In this document: piece after piece, positions 62,620-64,000 of the stretch
Position numbering within the stretch: position 1 is the first letter of the stretch
Layout: each line of letters opens with the position of its first letter
Virus record (IMG/VR): IMGVR_UViG_3300036715_000919
DNA: 64,000 nt
Strand: one strand, 5' to 3'
Source: an uncultured virus (IMG/VR IMGVR_UViG_3300036715_000919)
Lineage: Duplodnaviria > Heunggongvirae > Uroviricota > Caudoviricetes
Program-made: the position numbers and the translations under genes
The notes under the pieces: model-generated
The model's database searches: none
Told to the model about the DNA's origin: nothing
What the model saw: the letters and a program-made list of their open reading frames with translations, nothing else

Positions 62620-64000
62620 TACTTATGGTTTTGAAATGTTTCTATAATACTGTTTGCAAGCTCATCTACAGAGGATGCAGCCACTTCTTTTGAGGTGCCA
62701 TTTTTTCCTGGGTAAGTGATTGTATACTCAGCTCCATCGTGTGCATTGAAAGTTGATTTATCTGATGGTGTGATACGTCTGATCTTTACAGACAGGTTAT
62801 CCCCTACAGGTAAATCAAGTACTCCTCCTGGTGCATTGTTCACAGCAGAGATAGACTGTGTAAGGAATTGACGTGCAGGAGTGATTTGCCCCTCTTTGAT
62901 CAGATTCTGTGCAGCGCCACTGTATGCCGGCATCTTCACCAGTACATCTTCACCAACTGTATTACCTTTAGCATCAGTCTTACCTGTTCCTACTTTGAAG
63001 AACATCTTGTACTGGCCATCCGTATCAATACCAATACCAGCGAACTTGGAAGCACCGGCAATTTTCTTATAATCGTCTGCTGCAAGTGGCGCACCAGACT
63101 TGTCGCCACTGGCCCAGGTCAATCCCTGTGCCCCGTACTTCAATCCTTTACTATCCAGATTCACAGATAAGTTATTGAAGTTATCATTGATAGCTGTGTT
63201 CAGCTTGGTATTCTTGAACGTAGTCAGTCCAATGACAGCTGAAGTGTTCTTGGTATTATCATTCAGCAATTGTTTGTAACGGGCATAGCCTGGGGTATCC
63301 TGTACAACAGCATCATAAGCACTCTGACCTCTCTTGGCAGCATCTTCACGGCTAAGGAGATTCTTAGGATCATTGATTGCATCCTGATAGTATTCCTGGT
63401 AAGCCTTGTCAGCTTTCTCTTTCAATGAAGGATCAATCTTATAACCGGCTTGCTTCTGCAATCTCTCTTTCAGATCACTCAGTTCCTGAGAAGACTTGGA
63501 AGCCTGCTTTTGGGTATCTATGAACTTCTGAGCCATAGAAGTAACTTCCTTGCCACTGGCATCGAACCACTTGGTTCCAGGATCATAGATGTTGCCATTT
63601 GGTTTAGCTTTAGTCGTATTCTGCCAGTCAAGCAGAGCAGTGTATGCATCTTTGTTGGCCTTATCATGAATAGCAATTCCAGATTCAATTGAAGCCGGGT
63701 TGCTGTATTGAGAACCATTGAGAGGTTGGATAATAGTTGACTGGATTGGTATAGACTGATTGTCCATATCCTTCAGTGTAAATGGATTGGCCTGGATACC
63801 TTGTCCTGTCTCCACATCGTGCTGAGTGTACTTATCACGGCCATAAGCATGTGCATTACTAAGCAACTGACTCACAATCTTATCTCCCTTGATACTCTTT
63901 ATAGCAGTAGTGAGGTCCTCTCCCTGAGCGAGTCTACTGTGCAGCGCCTCAGATAGGGTGACAGGTACACTATCTTTACCCTGATCTCCGGCTTTCATTC
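62619..64000 (-). CDS. Virion protein, 5' end outside the window
   Basis: Open frame runs to the window edge. Confidence 0.65.
   Translation of the reverse strand, partial: MKAGDQGKDSVPVTLSEALHSRLAQGEDLTTAIKSIKGDKIVSQLLSNAHAYGRDKYTQHDVETGQGIQANPFTLKDMDNQSIPIQSTIIQPLNGSQYSNPASIESGIAIHDKANKDAYTALLDWQNTTKAKPNGNIYDPGTKWFDASGKEVTSMAQKFIDTQKQASKSSQELSDLKERLQKQAGYKIDPSLKEKADKAYQEYYQDAINDPKNLLSREDAAKRGQSAYDAVVQDTPGYARYKQLLNDNTKNTSAVIGLTTFKNTKLNTAINDNFNNLSVNLDSKGLKYGAQGLTWASGDKSGAPLAADDYKKIAGASKFAGIGIDTDGQYKMFFKVGTGKTDAKGNTVGEDVLVKMPAYSGAAQNLIKEGQITPARQFLTQSISAVNNAPGGVLDLPVGDNLSVKIRRITPSDKSTFNAHDGAEYTITYPGKNGTSKEVAASSVDELANSIIETFQNHK

Noticed and set aside
43300..63700. Many + strand ORFs within the late arm
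   Set aside because: They are antisense shadows of long - strand genes with no independent motifs.
1..64000. Stop-codon reassignment (TAG/TGA) as in some crAss-like phages
   Set aside because: All long genes, including the 14-kb RNAP, are open in code 11, and genes end in TAA, TAG and TGA. The isolated in-frame stops (4005, 7708) are better explained as mutations or true stops.

Overview
This window holds about 64 kb of a crAss-like (Crassvirales-type) phage genome, most likely infecting an environmental Bacteroidota host. Host clues are the TAnnTT(T/C)G promoters, AT-rich translation starts and Gln-rule signal peptides. The + strand (~0.4-33.8 kb) carries early and replication genes: many small ORFs, an ATP-dependent ligase, a family-A DNA polymerase, a Dda/RecD-like helicase split by a group I intron with a GIY-YIG endonuclease, an SF2 helicase, DnaB, an AAA ATPase, a primase, rIIA/rIIB, an HNH nuclease and a 5'-3' exonuclease; a RepL-like gene near the left end lies on the - strand. 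The - strand (33.9-64 kb) carries late genes: a lysis cassette, tail-fibre-like proteins, a 4694-aa virion RNA polymerase polyprotein and other large virion proteins. Capsid, portal and terminase genes are not in the window. Four observations stand out. (1) An AT-rich array of integron-like cassettes (attC-like inverted repeats, no integrase seen) lies at 17.28-20.37 kb. (2) Its first cassette is a self-contained unit: promoter, DIP1984/DUF6847-like coiled-coil protein, a ~340-nt structured RNA with a circularly permuted tRNA-like domain and a 7-nt periodic A-rich tract, and a ribbon-helix-helix protein. (3) A ~630-nt highly structured noncoding RNA candidate sits at 6.94-7.57 kb. (4) Tail-region genes carry Sec signal peptides. 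All family assignments come from motif recognition by eye, not from database searches.
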